From assembly GCA_026023565.1 (NCBI GenBank), contig JAPETS010000023.1:310001-374000 (forward strand): DNA of 64,000 nucleotides, in the 5' to 3' direction. The notes below the pieces were generated by a model, which saw nothing but the letters and a program-made list of their open reading frames with translations, did not search any database and had not been told where the DNA came from. A program made the translations under genes and the position numbers. The DNA is from Cirrosporium novae-zelandiae (lineage: Eukaryota). Below, in pieces: positions 26,909 to 40,310 of the stretch (the first letter of the stretch is position 1; each line of letters opens with the position of its first letter).

Positions 26909-28993
26909 ATGTATAAGCTCTACAAGTATGCCCGAAAACAGAGGAGAAATGCAAAGCAGCGAGTGCTTGCAGCTCAAACTTCCTCTTCATTGCCAGACCT
27001 TTCATCTAATGGCGCTATTCCGCTCAATTCATCCCACCCATCTCAAACTCCCATCAAGAAGCAAGAGAAGCTTTGCCAACATCGGCAGTCTTATACCCCC
27101 AATACTTCCTCAACCGAAGCTCATTCTCAGTCAGAGAGACAGCGTGTCTCATCAGAGGAAGGCAAAGCATCCTCGAGCCCGGATGCTTCAGACTCTTGCC
27201 TCCAATGTGAGGCCGATAAGAGGCGTCGTCGCATTTATAGATGGAAATTGATTGGAGGCTTGATGCTTCCTTATTTTTTGGCTTCTGTGGATACAACCAT
27301 TGTGGCTACGGCGTTGACTACCATTGCTTCTCATTTCAGTATGTTGGTCGGCTTTTCCCCCTACTTCAGGCTAACAGTACCTTGCGCAGACAAACTCAAT
27401 CAATTGAATTGGATTGTGACTGCTTATACGTTGACTTCCACGAGCTTCATCCCAGCATTTGGCCAAATTTCTGACGTCTTTGGCCGCCACACGGCTCTAC
27501 AGCTTTCTATGTTCTGTATGTTGATTGGTAGCGTTCTGTGCGCTGCAGCTCAAGCTTGGGGAATGTTACTTCTTGGTCGTGCGCTTCAGGGATTGGGCGC
27601 CGCTGGAATCATGAACCTCATTAAGATTGTGCTTTCGGATAATGTTAATCTAGAAGATAACGCAAAAAACAACACAATATTCGGTCTAATCGCAGGAATA
27701 AGTTATAGTATTGGCCCAGTAATTGGAGGATACCTCACGGCCACTAACTGGAGATACTGTTTCGTATTGTCGATTGGAGTTGCCTTTTTTGCTCATTTTG
27801 CAATTTTCTTCCTTCTTCGCAAAGAGCTTAAACGTGGAACGTACCATTTGAGCGGACCTCATGGAAATACCTTCTTTCGAGGAATCAAGACCGTCGATGC
27901 TGGTGGGACCCTCCTCTTTATCTTTGGAGCCGGTCTAATCATTCTCGGCACAACTTGGGGCGGCTCTACTTACTCGTGGGATTCGGCAGCGGTTCTTGTT
28001 CCTATCATCATCGGTACTATCTTATTTATATCCTTCTTCAGCTACGAATACTTTCTGGAACCAGGCAGATACCTTTCCCTTAAGTTTCCTCATCAAGTGG
28101 CCATGATCCCTTGGAGTCTATTCCACAAGAAAGATGCATTTCTTCTCACGATAATCAACGCTGCGACAGGCGCTGCTCTCTATTCTGCCTTCTATTTCAT
28201 TGGTATCTACTGGACACTAGTAGAGAATTATTCCGCCTCACAAGCAGGCGTACAGCTTCTCTACTATATCCCTGGGATCGGTGTGGGTGTCTATTCTGCT
28301 ATGTTCCTCTGCAATATCTTGCCGCGACAAACCTTCTATCCCCTGTTTATGGGTTCTGTTATCGAGTGCATCGGCATTTCGGTGCTTACTTGGGCCGTAA
28401 CTACCCGTCGACAATCATATGTTGACGGTATGATGGCGCTTGCAGGAGCCGGCACAGGCCTACGCTTTATGCCTTCCACGTTACATGCAGCTGGTATCTG
28501 GCCAACGCGAATTTCGTCCGTCATGTCCCTGATGGATTTCTCGCTGCCATTTGGCGGAACGCTCGCCATCGCAATCATGGGTGCAGTATTTAATAACAAT
28601 ATGGCAGAGGCCTACTCCGCTATCGCCTCCTCGTTAAACTTCCGAACATTCAGCCTGCAAAATACGCAAAGTCTGAAGGGAATCGACACTCTTCCACTAG
28701 ATATCCAAAAAATGGTTCGAGAGAAAGCTGCAAGGGCAGTTATGTGGTCATTCGTCTCCATTCTCCCACTGATGGCTCTGAGCGTTCTTGCGGCATGCGT
28801 GTTAGGAAATGTGTGGATCCGTCCTAAGAAGAACCAAACACCTACAAGGGCCAACGGTGCAGTCATGTACTCATCATTCTTACTAGCGGTATTGACGGGA
28901 AGCATCAAAAGGAGGCGTCAATCACTTGATATTGAGCCGGAGGAACAGGAAGCGGAGGAGAAAAACGATAGGGAAGGGTGTGAGAGGGAGTGA
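26909..28993 (+). CDS. MFS drug:H+ antiporter (DHA2-like); probable in-frame 51-nt intron 27339-27389
   Basis: ASVDTTIVATAL..I, WIVTAYTL, GQISDVFGR, LLGRALQGLG, GPVIGGYL..NWRYCF motifs; many TM segments. Confidence 0.92.
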   Translation: MYKLYKYARKQRRNAKQRVLAAQTSSSLPDLSSNGAIPLNSSHPSQTPIKKQEKLCQHRQSYTPNTSSTEAHSQSERQRVSSEEGKASSSPDASDSCLQCEADKRRRRIYRWKLIGGLMLPYFLASVDTTIVATALTTIASHFSMLVGFSPYFRLTVPCADKLNQLNWIVTAYTLTSTSFIPAFGQISDVFGRHTALQLSMFCMLIGSVLCAAAQAWGMLLLGRALQGLGAAGIMNLIKIVLSDNVNLEDNAKNNTIFGLIAGISYSIGPVIGGYLTATNWRYCFVLSIGVAFFAHFAIFFLLRKELKRGTYHLSGPHGNTFFRGIKTVDAGGTLLFIFGAGLIILGTTWGGSTYSWDSAAVLVPIIIGTILFISFFSYEYFLEPGRYLSLKFPHQVAMIPWSLFHKKDAFLLTIINAATGAALYSAFYFIGIYWTLVENYSASQAGVQLLYYIPGIGVGVYSAMFLCNILPRQTFYPLFMGSVIECIGISVLTWAVTTRRQSYVDGMMALAGAGTGLRFMPSTLHAAGIWPTRISSVMSLMDFSLPFGGTLAIAIMGAVFNNNMAEAYSAIASSLNFRTFSLQNTQSLKGIDTLPLDIQKMVREKAARAVMWSFVSILPLMALSVLAACVLGNVWIRPKKNQTPTRANGAVMYSSFLLAVLTGSIKRRRQSLDIEPEEQEAEEKNDREGCERE

Positions 28994-29859
28994 CTGAAGG
29001 AATAAGCATGGGAATAATTACGAGTATGTAATGGAACAAGGGGAATAAATTAATCCCACGGCTGATGAGGAGGTATATGTTTAGAACTATTAGTTGTATT
29101 ATCCTCCAAATAGTGTCAATGGATACAGTAGATGGACGAAGGTGAAGAAGCAAACTTAGCAAACAACTGTTCATAGCTCGGTGTTATGTGCTTCGGCAGG
29201 CTTTTTCGGGTTTAGCAGGAGCCCCAATAAGCTACTTTTCATTTAATTAATTAAATCATCATCAGCCTCATATCAACATCAACAGCGGCGGGTTGGAGTT
29301 GAGGTGCCTTCTTTAGGAACGCGGAGTACGGAGAAATGGCTTAAGTGGCTCCCCCTCCACCTCAAGCACTAGACCCACAGAACCATATTATGATTATCCT
29401 CACTGGGTCATGGTCTTTTACCCCGTGGCTTACCCCAACTGCGGGTAGGATCCCAAGTCCATAATATTGGATCAATTTGGGGTCGAGGTTGAATTTTATG
29501 CATAGTCGTGTTGCATTAGTTGGCGCCTTGACAAGGAACTCGTTTGATTGGGAATGAATCCCGCCTTTCCTAACATTCTATATATGAACCTCACTCCCTT
29601 CCACGTTTGTTGAATCGTCGCTGAGTTCGCCGTTCCTCCATCTCAAGTCTCCACAATGTCAGGAAGATATGAAAAATTATAGCTAATTGATGGCAGGCAA
29701 ATAGGCCTCTGTTCACTTTCGCCCCTCGTGCATAGTTCCCATAACAGCTAGAAGAATAGGTCTCCCTAGCTTCCTCTATGTTTCTAAGAATCACCTACAC
29801 AATCCAACGCCAATTAATCAAGGGTCTTGTACAGTACAACCCTTCCAATAAACTGCAGG

Positions 29860-31885
29860 ATGGCAAGTGGGAATAATAGTGCACAGTCGTCACCGCACGA
29901 TCAACAACTATCAGCTGATGTAGCTACGGGCGACATTTCCGGTTCGATGAATAATAAAAAGCAAGATAACTCTCAAGATGTGGAAATGGGGGCGGATGAC
30001 GTGGAGTTTACAAATGATAGGTCGAGTACTAGAAAAAGGACAAAGTCACACGGTGGCGATACTATAGACTACCCAAGACGACGTGCCATCATTGCGGTAC
30101 GTTTCCTATTGCCAATATGAGATCAGGAAAAAATCGCTGATTCATAAAAAGTGTGAGATCTGCAGAGCTAGAAAGTCTCGCTGTGATGGTGGGAAGCCGA
30201 AATGTCAATTATGTACCGGTTTAAATGCAAAGTGCGTCTATCGAGAACCCGGGGTGAAACTTGATGCAGGTGATAAATTGATCCTTGAACGACTGAACCG
30301 CATCGAAAGCCTTCTTGAATCCAACCTCCTTATGCAATCGGGTAGCCATCCTATATCTGCTAATAACTCTCCAACGAATTTAACTACTACCCTTAGCCAC
30401 GAGGAGGCACTCACAAGCAACTCTACAACAAATACTACCCACTCTAATACGATTTCATTGCCTTCTGCGGGTTTGGGGAGTTGGGGCGTCGAGGGGCCAA
30501 ATATATCTACCATGCCTAGAAGGCATACTACACCAGCCCTCAATTTGCTTAAATGGCCTATCATACGAGATCTGGTCTCTCGACCATATGATCCTCAGAG
30601 TCTCCTACAGCTAGAAATGGCCAGGGAGCCTTTGCGGATTAACACTTCTCCTAATATTAATCTCTCAAATACGGAAACGTATGCACGTGCCTTCTTCGAG
30701 CAGGTCAATGTTTGGTATGCCTGCGTTAACCCTTATACATGGTCAAACTATTATCAAGCCACACTTTGTCGTGGATTCCGTGAAGGTCCTGAGAGCTGTG
30801 TAGTACTTCTAGTCCTTGCTTTGGGATGCGCGAGTATGCATGGAACAATATCACAAATTTCTCCCAACAAAGACCCTCCTGGTATGGCTTATTTTGATGC
30901 GGCTTGGGCCATTCTCCCTGCAATCATGACGAGGAATACAGTCATGTCAGCACAATGTATGGTTTTGGCATCGGCATACCTTTTCTATCTTGTGCGTCCT
31001 CTTGAGGCCTGGACAATGTTGTCAAATGTGAGTATGAAGTTGCAATTATTACTAGGAAATCCAGGAAGAATACCCCTTGACCTTCAAGAGTTAACGACGA
31101 GGGTATACTGGAATGCTTTGCTATTCGAAAGTGATCTTTTGGCTGAACTTGATCTACCTCATTCGGGAATTGTCCGCTTTGAGGAGGTTGTAGCACTCCC
31201 TGGCGGCTTTGAGGAAGAGGAGGATGAAGAACAAGTCGGCCGTGACGAGCTTTGGTATTTTCTCTCTGAGATTGCACTGCGTCGATTATTGAATCGCGTG
31301 AGTCATCTTATCTATTCCCGGGAATCAACTATTTCCGCCGGTTCGCTTGAGCCCATCGTTATCGAATTAGATTACCAGCTCAACCAATGGTACGAGAGCC
31401 TCCCTGCACCGGTCAAATTTACGTTTGATCAACTTCCACATTTTAATTCAGCACAAACCGTTTTACGTCTCCGCTTCTTTTCCTGCCGTACCATCCTCTT
31501 TCGCCCTTATATTCTTTTTGTTCTTGAGAATGAGCAAGCCGCGCAAGATCCTGTGGTGCGTGAGAACTGTGGCAAGTGTCTTGATGCATCGATACGACAA
31601 CTTGAACACATTACTGCCCATCATGCTGGGCATTTACCATATCTCTGGCAAGGAACTCTGTCGATTGTCTCACAGACCCTTTTGATTATGGGTGCCACGT
31701 TATCTCCGTCTTTATCTGCTCTGATGTTATCTCCTATCCAGATGGATGAGTTAATTAAATCTGTCATGGTGGAGATCAACCAGTATGCTCATCTGGCACC
31801 AAGTTTGCGGATGAGTGTAGAGATACTACGAGAAGCAGAAGTACGAAGACAGGCCATCTTGAGTGTAACAGGCCCGCGAGTGTGA
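29860..31885 (+). CDS. Zn(II)2Cys6 fungal transcription factor, intron 30097-30151
   Basis: YPRRRAIIA|CEICRARKSRCDGGKPKCQLCTGLNAKC binuclear cluster spanning the intron; fungal TF middle-homology region. Confidence 0.93.
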
Positions 31886-34800
31886 AATGGGAAAATGGTG
31901 GGGTGAAATTTAGCTGTTCCAGAATGCTCCCTAAGTGGCGGTAAAAATTTATAACGAGCAGTCCCTAAAGCTGAGCGGATAACTGGGCAGAACCCATGTC
32001 CAAGATCGTGTGAAGCTGGATGCTTCACACGAATGGTCTAATTTGTACATGGTTTGCTTCTACGATATTCTTTGTGCAGAAAATTAAAACATAAGGGGGA
32101 TCTGAGCGATAAAGCAAGGGGGCCCTATGCGTTTGACATCGATATCAGTCCGGACCTATTGGTAAGATAGAAAGTCGACATATCCTAACTGTGTCACCAT
32201 AGGGTATCAGGTGAAATGATTGCCAAAGGCTGTCCATTCATTGATTTAGGTCCAGTGCATTTGATAGCTATCTGCCCGGTCGTCCTGTGACACCTTTCGC
32301 GTCATCTCTGATCAAATCATTAGGAACAGAAGGCTCAAGTTGCCTTTATAAAATGGAACATGTAGGATGGAGCAATTGAGGGAAATATGTGTTGAACGCC
32401 TTCCGTTACCGGACGAACCTTACTAACAATCTTGGGTTCTCAAACTCATCAAGGGTGGCTAACATGTGTAAATGCCAAGGCAGATGTTCAACAGAGGTTG
32501 AGATTCATCTAGTTCGGGAAATATGTTTGAGATCTGTCTTGTTTGGGCGCCGCGACTTGCATCCCCTCTTAAGCTTGCAAGGAATAGAGGAAGAGAGGAA
32601 ACGAAGAAGGTATAAGGGCAGAAACTTTTAGGTTAACATTGACTTGGATTCATACAACCTCAGCCATCGAGTCTATATGATGCAGGGACAAGGGATATAA
32701 AAGAGAGCTAGTTCCTGAGAGGACGCATCACGTTGGGGGAACAATGGTCAATGATTGGGCGTTTGAGAGTTTCCGAGCCACGCGAGCTCAAGCCAGAGAG
32801 TGTTCCTCACAAAGGCAAAGGATATCTGGTTCCAGGGACAGGAGTTTGTTGGGCATCAGCCAATATCCTGGGAACCGGAGAGGCTCCGCGGGAGGATGGG
32901 CAAATGTGGTGGAAAGTTAGATATTGATTGGCAGGAGAATTGAGAAGGGTACCGGATTGTAAGCTATCCAGAGAGGTGGAATTAACATTAAGCTCATTAG
33001 AAGAAAAAAAATCTGTTTGGATCTTGTGAGAAGCAGGGAGAAGGGACGGGGACGGGGACAAGGAAGAAAAAATTGATCGGTGTGTCTGCGAAATAATGAG
33101 GTGATTGTATTTTTCGGTACTCGAGTTACTTTTCGTAATAATTCCCCCAATAGAAACAATGGTTTGGCCCAGTTTTAGTAATCCGGATGCACGGGGCATT
33201 TCTTTTTCCTTCGACACGTGCGCGAGGTTGAGCCGAAGGTCTTTTTGTGGCGTTGCTTGCCTGTCTATGTGTTGGGCTTTTGTGGCTTCTAAAAAAGTTC
33301 TGGATACTTTCAAGCCACTGAAGCATTACTGTTCGTTTTCGTTTTCGTTTTTCTTTTTTCTTTTTTCTTTTTTGACTTTTTCTAAGAGATCACCGATGGA
33401 CTAATTGGCAGAACAAGACCCAGTGTTGAGGGATTAAAAAAAAAAGAGACCATTTATAACTAAGCGAAAAAAGCCAGACATTTTTAGCAATGACGGCTAC
33501 CGACAGTAGTCAGTAGTAGTAAATAAGTAAGTCGTAAGTACCTAGATATAGTGGGTAGTACAAGTATGATTCGGAACCTTGCAAACATACCTTTTACCCG
33601 GTCGTATCATCCATCCATTGATGTATTGCGCTCATCATCTCATCATCTCATCATCTCATCATCAGCTTATTTGCCCGGCCGCGAGTCCTTTTTGTTGTTA
33701 CTTCAATATCTTGCCATCAGACTGGCGGTGATATTGTGCACTCTTTAGTGACACTTAGCTTGTGGAAACAAACCCACACGACTAATGCCCAACACACACA
33801 CTTGCACACACACTTACACCTGTTTCGAAATTTGGCAATTTGGCAATTTGGCAATTTGACAGAAAGATTTCGGAATTCCTTGACTATCCTTCTCTGAGGC
33901 CCACGATCCAGTACCATGGTGGTGAATGATGCAGCAAAAAAGTATCCAGTTAGCCTTTCTCGGAACACAGCCGAAGCTGGGCTTGAAATGCTAGGAGGAT
34001 AAGGGCCGCTGGATCGACGACGCAGATTGTTGGTTTGATAGTCATTAGGTTGTTGCTAAGGGGAGGTTTATACTTCAGTTAGTTCAGGTGGATCTTCGGT
34101 TCCTTGGATCAACCTTCCGGCACCACCGTTGCTGGCTGATCGTTGGCTAATGTGAATTTGCTTCTCCTATTCTTCTCTTATCAAAATTCCGTTCCATAAT
34201 CAGAAATCGAGATCGTTCTTTTCAAATGCAAGACAGAAAATCTTATCATCCCTCGACCAGAGCCACCAGAGCCACCAGAGCCTACAAAGCCAACAGGAGG
34301 CTCCGCAACCGCCAACAGCAGGACTCATCATCATACTTTAAGCGTAAGGGCCCCACTCCTGGATTCTAAATCACCACAGCAATGCCGCAGCAAAATGGTC
34401 AATGGTTGAACCACTGCAATTGTACAATCAGGATATCCATTTATCATAGCACTTTTTTAAGAGTAACATTTCGGGATACCACAATCCATCTAGTTTGAAT
34501 CACTGACCACTCTTGTGTCCGATCTATTCTGAGCAAAACAACTTCTCCATCTCTCTCTCTCTCTCCCTTTTTCACCTTTTACCCTTCACCGTTCACCGTT
34601 CTTTTTCCCATTCCCCCCAACAAAATATATTCTATTTCCTGACCTCCAGTCCCTCCTGAGCCTTTCTTCCTTTATCATTGTCTCTGTGTATCTAATCCGA
34701 AGAAACATTTCTTGTTACTTTGTGAAGATTTCCTCCCCCTCCAAGTTCTTATACCTTTTTATCACTGTGAGTCAAATCCTTCGCTTATGCTTTGGTTCGG

Positions 34801-35511
34801 TCACGGCGAACATCAAAAATTCGACATGATTTCCTATATCTTATAATCAACTAATTCCTTCTTGCCTTTCTCCTCAGATATTAACAGCAATTCCTTTCCT
34901 GTATATCATGTTTTTTCCACACTAGACAAATCAGCATAGGTACGTTGACAATTATGACCCACAGGAGTTCGTGTACAATCGCCAACTCCAGCCCTTTTCG
35001 AGGAACAAAGTCTCCACAAAGTGCGTCATACTTATCCTTTGTTGAATATAGACTCCTAGACGTGTCCATATCCATCCCAGATTATCTACACTAAGACTTG
35101 CTACCGATACTATCCACCGCTATCACCTGCAACCGTCTGTTTCGCCCGAGGATCATTTGTTCCATGATCAAAGTACTGTGGCGTGCAATTGAAGGTCACT
35201 CCGAAACCCTGGTCTCAATCCGATTCTGCAATATTCCCTCTGGTATTTTGCCCATTGGCGCTGGTAAAACTATCCTAGAAGCATCAGCCTTCATCGTCTC
35301 TCCACTTTAGAGCATTTATTGGCCTTTCTTTTTGAGTATAGCTATCATGCATTCGGCCTGCCAATAATCGTTAGAAGGTTACCCAATTGTTCACGCTTGA
35401 GCCTACTGCGAAGCGATTCCTACCCTCTGCAAATAAACCTGTCCCTCGGGGTAAACCGCCTATTATTTCAAATATTAATTATCAAAGGTCTCTTGGCCAA
35501 TTCCACGCACA

Positions 35512-38221
35512 ATGGCCCAAAGTCCTCCCTCACAACCCCCAAATTCTCCGACCGTCAAGCCAACTCCAGATAGCAGCGGCCAGGGCAGCAGCGCATCCAG
35601 TAGAACGACAAGCCCGAGAAGAGGAATACAGCGAGTAACATTTGATGTTGACAGAGGAAGAAGCAAGTCTGCTTCTCCTTCGCCAACAAGTCTGGCTGAA
35701 CGATCCCCTTCCAATTCCCATTCTCGGCTACGGCCAGCGTCTAGCTTGCGCCTTCCGGTGGATCGAAGAAGCCACAGATTAGACGCAAATATGACCGAAT
35801 ATGCAGCAGATATTACTGATATTCCAACCCCTTTCAGATCTAGATCGCCAACGAGTTTTAGGTTAGATGAAGTGCCCGAAGATGTGGATGAGTCAATTGA
35901 AGAAAAGCAGGGCTCCCAAGCTTCTGCTCAGGAGAGGGCCCGGCAATTGGCTTCTCTTCTCGGAAGTAGCTCGGCTCCAGCCTCGTGCAGGAATTCCTCA
36001 GACACACTTATCTCCCCGAGCTCACATTCGCCAAAGATGCCTGCCATAGATGATGGAATTGCCCTAACAGATCTGAGCCGGCACAATACCGCCGATGATG
36101 ATGAAGGCACCTCGAAGCCTACTTCATATGGTCGATCCACTAATACTGCTGAGGCGCATTCTCTGGTTCGGAATATGACACAAGGGAAAGGGACACTCAA
36201 TCCTCTTGTTCGAGTCAGAGCCTCCCCTTCCGGTTTGCAATCAGGGCGAGTGACGCCAGAGGCAGAGAAAGATCCTGATGATTATGTTGAAAGGCCAGCT
36301 CAGTACCGTGGAAATGTGTTGTCATCCCTGCTCAAGTTATATCATCAACAGGAAATGTCTCAGATGGCATCGTCTCAGAATGGGTCGAACATTCCTACCC
36401 CACATTCGTACCATTCCCACGGTAGATCTTTGGGTCGACCGATAAGCATGGGCGATTTAAAAGACGGTCTCACTCCAGTCAGTTCTCGTGGATCATCTGG
36501 TGTAAATACCCCCAGACACCCTCGTCAGCCAAAATGGTACGACAAATCAGGCAATCAGTCTGTCTCCTCATTAGCTGGCTTGATCAATACCTCTACTATG
36601 ATTGCACCTGGAAGTCATCTGGGAGGAACCCCACCCGCGCGAGGAAAGCGACCGGGCATGCCTCCAAGGTCGCGTAGTGGAGGCATCATTAACGCCGCGA
36701 TGCAGAAAGTCAAACCACGTCTCGAGGATGAGATTCGCATAACGGTCCACATCGCTGCCATTCTCTCACGCCAGAAATACCTCATAAAACTTTGCCGAGC
36801 ATTAATGAGATATGGAGCTCCTACGCATCGTTTAGAGGAATACCTTCGAATGACAGCTCGGGTTCTCGAAATCGAAAGCCAGTTTCTATATATTCCCGGC
36901 TGCATGATCATTTCGTTCGATGACAGCAGCACGCACACGACAGAAGTCAGGCTTGTCAAAGAGATCCAAGGAGTTGATCTAGGCCGGCTAAGAGATGTAC
37001 ATGAAATATATAAAGAAGTTGTTCACGACGTCATCGGCGTGGAAGAGGCGACTCAGCGACTAGATGAGGTATGGACACGGAAAGAAAAGCATACTGCTTG
37101 GATCCGTGTAATAGTATATGGCTTCGCGTCGGTTTTTGTGGGACCATTTGCTTTTGGGGGTCGCCCGATCGATTTCCCTCCTGCATTTCTATTAGGCTGT
37201 ATCCTAGGTATACTGCAGCTAATTGCAGCTCCAAAGTCTGAGCTCTATTCGAACGTTTTCGAAATTTCTGCTGCTGTCTTTACGTCATTCCTTGCAAGAG
37301 CTTTCGGATCGATCCAATACTCAGATGGCACCCGGGTTTTCTGCTTTGCTGCGCTCGCCCAGTCCTCGATTGCCTTAATCTTGCCAGGTTATGTTATATT
37401 ATGTGGCAGTCTGGAATTGCAATCAAGGTCAATTGTTGCTGGTTCCGTTAGAATGGTGTATGCAATTATCTATTCGTTATTCTTGGGTTTTGGTATCACA
37501 ATCGGGACAGTCATCTATGGGCTTATGGATTCCAATGCCACCTCGAGCACAACATGCCCCACGTACGTACATACCATGTTCAGCTTTAGGCCTTCCTCAA
37601 GTTTACGCTGACTCCTCCCCAGATCTCCCGTATCAACATACTTTAACTTCCTCTGGGTAGCCCTCTTCGCGCTGTGTCTCGCGATAATTAACCAAGCAAA
37701 GTGGAAACAAACCCCCATCATGCTGTTCATCTCCTTGGTTGGCTACACCGTCAACTTCTTCAGCACCCGTTTGTTCTCTTCCAATACCCAAGTCAGCAAT
37801 GCTATAGCGGCCTTCGCCATCGGAGTTGTTGCAAACCTGTAAGTCCCACTCCTTTCTGTCTACTGACCCGTGCAATCAAAATCATCCAACTAACTCACCT
37901 TTCAGTTACTCCCGCTTTCGCCACGGTGTCGCAGCAGCCGCCCTCCTTCCCGCGATATTCGTGCAAGTCCCCTCGGGTCTCGCCGCAACGGGCTCGCTAG
38001 TCAGCGGCATCACGAGCGCGAACCAGATCACGCAAAACACGACAGGCATCACAGTCAGCAGCAACAGCACGACACTGATCACTGAGAGTAATACTAGTGC
38101 TATATGGGCCGTCGGGTACGGTATGGTGCAGATTGCCATCGGTATCACAGTTGGGCTTTTCATATCCGCATTAGTGGTTTATCCCTTTGGGAAACGGAGG
38201 AGTGGGTTATTTAGTTTTTAG
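35512..38221 (+). CDS. PRM10: Prm10 / DUF1212 (ThrE-like) membrane protein, 3 exons
   Basis: RITVHIA.IL.RQKYLIKLCRALMRYGAPTHRLEEYL, SSIALILPG..LELQSR..VAGSVRM, PAIFVQVPSGLA, YPFGKRRSGLFSF*; introns ~37563-37622 and ~37839-37905. Confidence 0.9.
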
Positions 38222-39120
38222 GGTGGTAAAAGGAGTCAAGTTTAAGTTCCATGGGGTTGTCTTCCGTGTACAGTATATCCATTTTCTTATCACTCATGAC
38301 TTGAAACGACCACTACATCACATCACATCACATAAGGGCGGTTTGGCTTGGGAGGAATTAGGAAAGAGAAAAAAAAAAGTATAGACATCGAAAAAGGGAG
38401 TTTGGTCCATTTACCGGTATAGACAGACAGTGTATGACATTACGACTTTTGTTGATTGATTAACTAGTTGATGGAAGTTATAACATGGGCTAGTTGGTTA
38501 TTTATCTTGTCCCAAAGAAATAGAAGCTAAACAAATGCTTGAATACTAAATCACCTGGCCTTGGTTTCACTAGCGCTCTTGACAAACTAAACTTCCAAAT
38601 GAACAAATAACATCGAGAATACCTGAAGGAACCGCTGTTAGATTAACCTAGGTTAAGCGCAACTATCAGGGATATTATAGGCGTCAAAGGAATAAAAAAT
38701 TGCGGAGGTTGCTATATTCTAAATAAGTGAAGCCCCAGGCTCTAATTAAACAATAATGCTGAACCGCAAATCCTATCAAAAACCCCCCCCAATACTCTTG
38801 AAGACGATCCCCAATGCAAGTTTCATGATGCTACTAAACTAAACCCGGTTAAATCTCCTCGTGCTTATCTGAAGATACCACATGAAACCATACTAAACTC
38901 GATAGATTGTTGTCATGATCAGGGTTCACGGTACTCCTGAAAATTTAGAAATAAATATAGATGAACATATCCGCAATAATGGCAACAGTGGTGACAATCC
39001 TATCAATTCCCAACAACAAAAATTATTTTATGCTATGCGACCTATTGGTCATTATTAGAGGTCCGTGTCCCTAGGCTCTGACAAGCTTTATTATCCGGCA
39101 ACCCTTTCGGCGAAAAAGCT

Positions 39121-40310
39121 AGCTCAGTTGCGTTTATCCTGTTGCTGCATCTGTTACCATTCTTCTTTCGAATACCACCCCACGGTCCTTTCTGAACGTT
39201 CCGTGAACCACTCATCCTGCAAAAGCTCTTTCGCGATAGGCCGGTCCCTTGGATCAAGTTTCATGATCTTGGGTATAAATGTTTTATCTGCATTACAGAT
39301 CTCTCTTTCACTGAGGCGTTGGAATGGGGTCCGTTTTTGAGGCGGTATTAAATTCATAATACCCACAATCGTCATTTGTGTGTCTTTGTCAGCGATCTCT
39401 GTGTAAGAGACAGGGAACGGCCCAAACTATTGATGTTGATGCGCAACAATTTTGGTATCGTATGATAATTTTTCGTCTTCCGTTTCTTTTGGCTCGAATA
39501 TATGGAAGTTCAGACCCCATATAAGGTTGATGAGCTATATAGATATTAGCTTTGCTATAAAAAAATTAAATAGCCAACGGCCAACTAACAGTAACACCGA
39601 AACTCCAAATATCTACTGCAGTGCCCCATGGAATCGCAAGATGGACCTCAGGGGCCTGGAAAAGGCTGGTTCCGGTTAGTTCACCATCTTTTGCGAATTC
39701 CGAATTAATAGAGACGGTGCCCCCGCAATCTGCTAATTGAACCTCTGAAAATCGCTGTTGATCATTTCCGTAATTCACTAAAATATTCCTAGGCTTGATA
39801 TCTATAGATAATTGATTATTAACCAACAATACAAATAATATTGGAAACTTAATATGTACCTACCTGTATGCACGTAATCATCTTCGTGTAACACTTGAAG
39901 AGCTTCGAGTATATTTTTCGCCACGTGTTTAATTTCCTGCCTAGTGAGTCTTTGCTTCTTTGAAGCGCTTGCCATGTCGTCGTCAAGATATTTCAATATA
40001 ATCGCTGGTGGCTTGGCTGGGACTTCTATCTCGCCTAGAAGCGGACGCAGAGTCGGCGCATGGGCCTGAAAATGCTTGAGAATGTCGCGTTCATTATGGA
40101 GGCGCCAATGTCCTTCGACGCTTTTAACCACGACGATATTTTCTCGTTGGTTGCTATTGGCTACTGCTAAGTATGGACGTACGGAAAAACGACCATAAAA
40201 AGTACATACACTGCGAAATAAATGAACTCCGAGACCAGCGTAGTAATTTTGTAGGTATTGGCTTTGCCTTTAAGGTGCTGGCCTAGACGAAAAAGACATT
40301 GAGAAGACAT
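39121..40310 (-). pseudogene. Ser/Thr protein kinase pseudogene (4 exons, premature stops)
   Basis: VVKS, VHT|DIKPRNILV, LADCG, FQAPEV, DIWSFG, KLDPRDRP..KELLQDEWF; in-frame TAG at 39429-39427 in HQ*FGPFP and TAA at 39156-39154 in EEW*QMQQQ. Confidence 0.82.

Noticed and set aside
32807..33313. 168-aa minus-strand ORF in the long TF-PRM10 intergenic region; MPRASGLLKLGQTI loosely recalls the kinase N-terminus
   Set aside because: No kinase or other motifs follow, no convincing splice structure, low-complexity composition.
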